This document shows, piece by piece, positions 63,711-64,000 of a stretch of 64,000 bases of DNA. This stretch comes from Candidatus Eiseniibacteriota bacterium (GTDB lineage Bacteria; Eisenbacteria; RBG-16-71-46; JABDJR01), in the NCBI GenBank assembly GCA_963783375.1, contig CAWANH010000029.1:1184001-1248000 (forward strand), written 5' to 3'. How positions within the stretch are numbered: the first letter of the stretch is position 1; the number at the start of each line of letters is the position of its first letter. The notes under the pieces were generated by a model. The model made no database searches, had not been told where the DNA came from, and saw only the letters and a program-made list of their open reading frames with translations. Both the position numbers and the translations under genes were made by a program.

Positions 63711-64000
63711 TCAGGCCACGTCGCGCTCGGTCAGGGGCTCGCTCTTCAGGAACACGGTGAGGAACTTCCGGGAGCGGACCGGAACCCGGGCCAGCATGAC
63801 CCCGAGGCTCGCGTAGAGGCAGACCGCCACCGCCACCAGGGTCCAGGCCACGGGGGGGGCGGAGCCCAGCGCCACCAGCCCGGCCACCCCGCAGAGGGCG
63901 TTCAGCCCGTAGACCGTCCACAGAGCGCGCTTTCCCTGGCCGAACAGCACGTGGAGCCGGTGGGTGCTGTGATCGATCCCCCCCACGTGGATGGGACGGT
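63711..64000 (-). CDS. MraY/WecA (glycosyltransferase family 4) C-terminal fragment, partial at window end
   Basis: RPIHVGGIDHSTHRL motif followed by TM segments. Confidence 0.65.
   Translation of the reverse strand, partial: RPIHVGGIDHSTHRLHVLFGQGKRALWTVYGLNALCGVAGLVALGSAPPVAWTLVAVAVCLYASLGVMLARVPVRSRKFLTVFLKSEPLTERDVA

Overview
This is a high-GC bacterial chromosomal window, mostly housekeeping and metabolic. The gene types (PorX-like regulator beside tsaE, single-anchor sdhCAB, long LptD) suggest an FCB-superphylum-related diderm; this is inference only. In order it contains: partial glgX; a TSUP + DUF1634 pair; HtrA; sdhCAB; a MITE-like element; a sufBCD-sufU-sufT operon without sufS; a GNAT-SRPBCC fusion; iscS-mnmA; a cyclophilin and two TPR proteins; glgP; apaH; a polyphosphate operon (ppx, two thymidylate-kinase-like genes, small basic ORF, CYTH-like/CHAD, sixA); frameshifted yifB/comM; a methyltransferase; a Fur/PerR-like gene plus catalase with two matching palindromic boxes; CPBP and M16 peptidases; membrane-TPR, MATE-like and mgtE genes; a cystathionine gamma-lyase/synthase; two tandem UshA-like genes; a giant lptD; ROK kinase; MalK-like ATPase; accD; rimI; tsaB; tsaE; PorX-like regulator with PorY-like kinase; serS; a lipoprotein; and a partial MraY/WecA-family gene. 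Two observations stand out. (1) An exported UshA-like/tetraheme cytochrome c protein, split by the ORF track, has an in-frame UGA aligned to Cys in its tandem paralog and a SECIS-like hairpin, so it is a probable selenoprotein. (2) The ppx-linked pair of 'thymidylate kinases' looks like a bacterial heteromeric PPK3-type polyphosphate kinase. No rRNA, tRNA or CRISPR array was recognised. All calls come from reading motifs by eye; no database searches were run.
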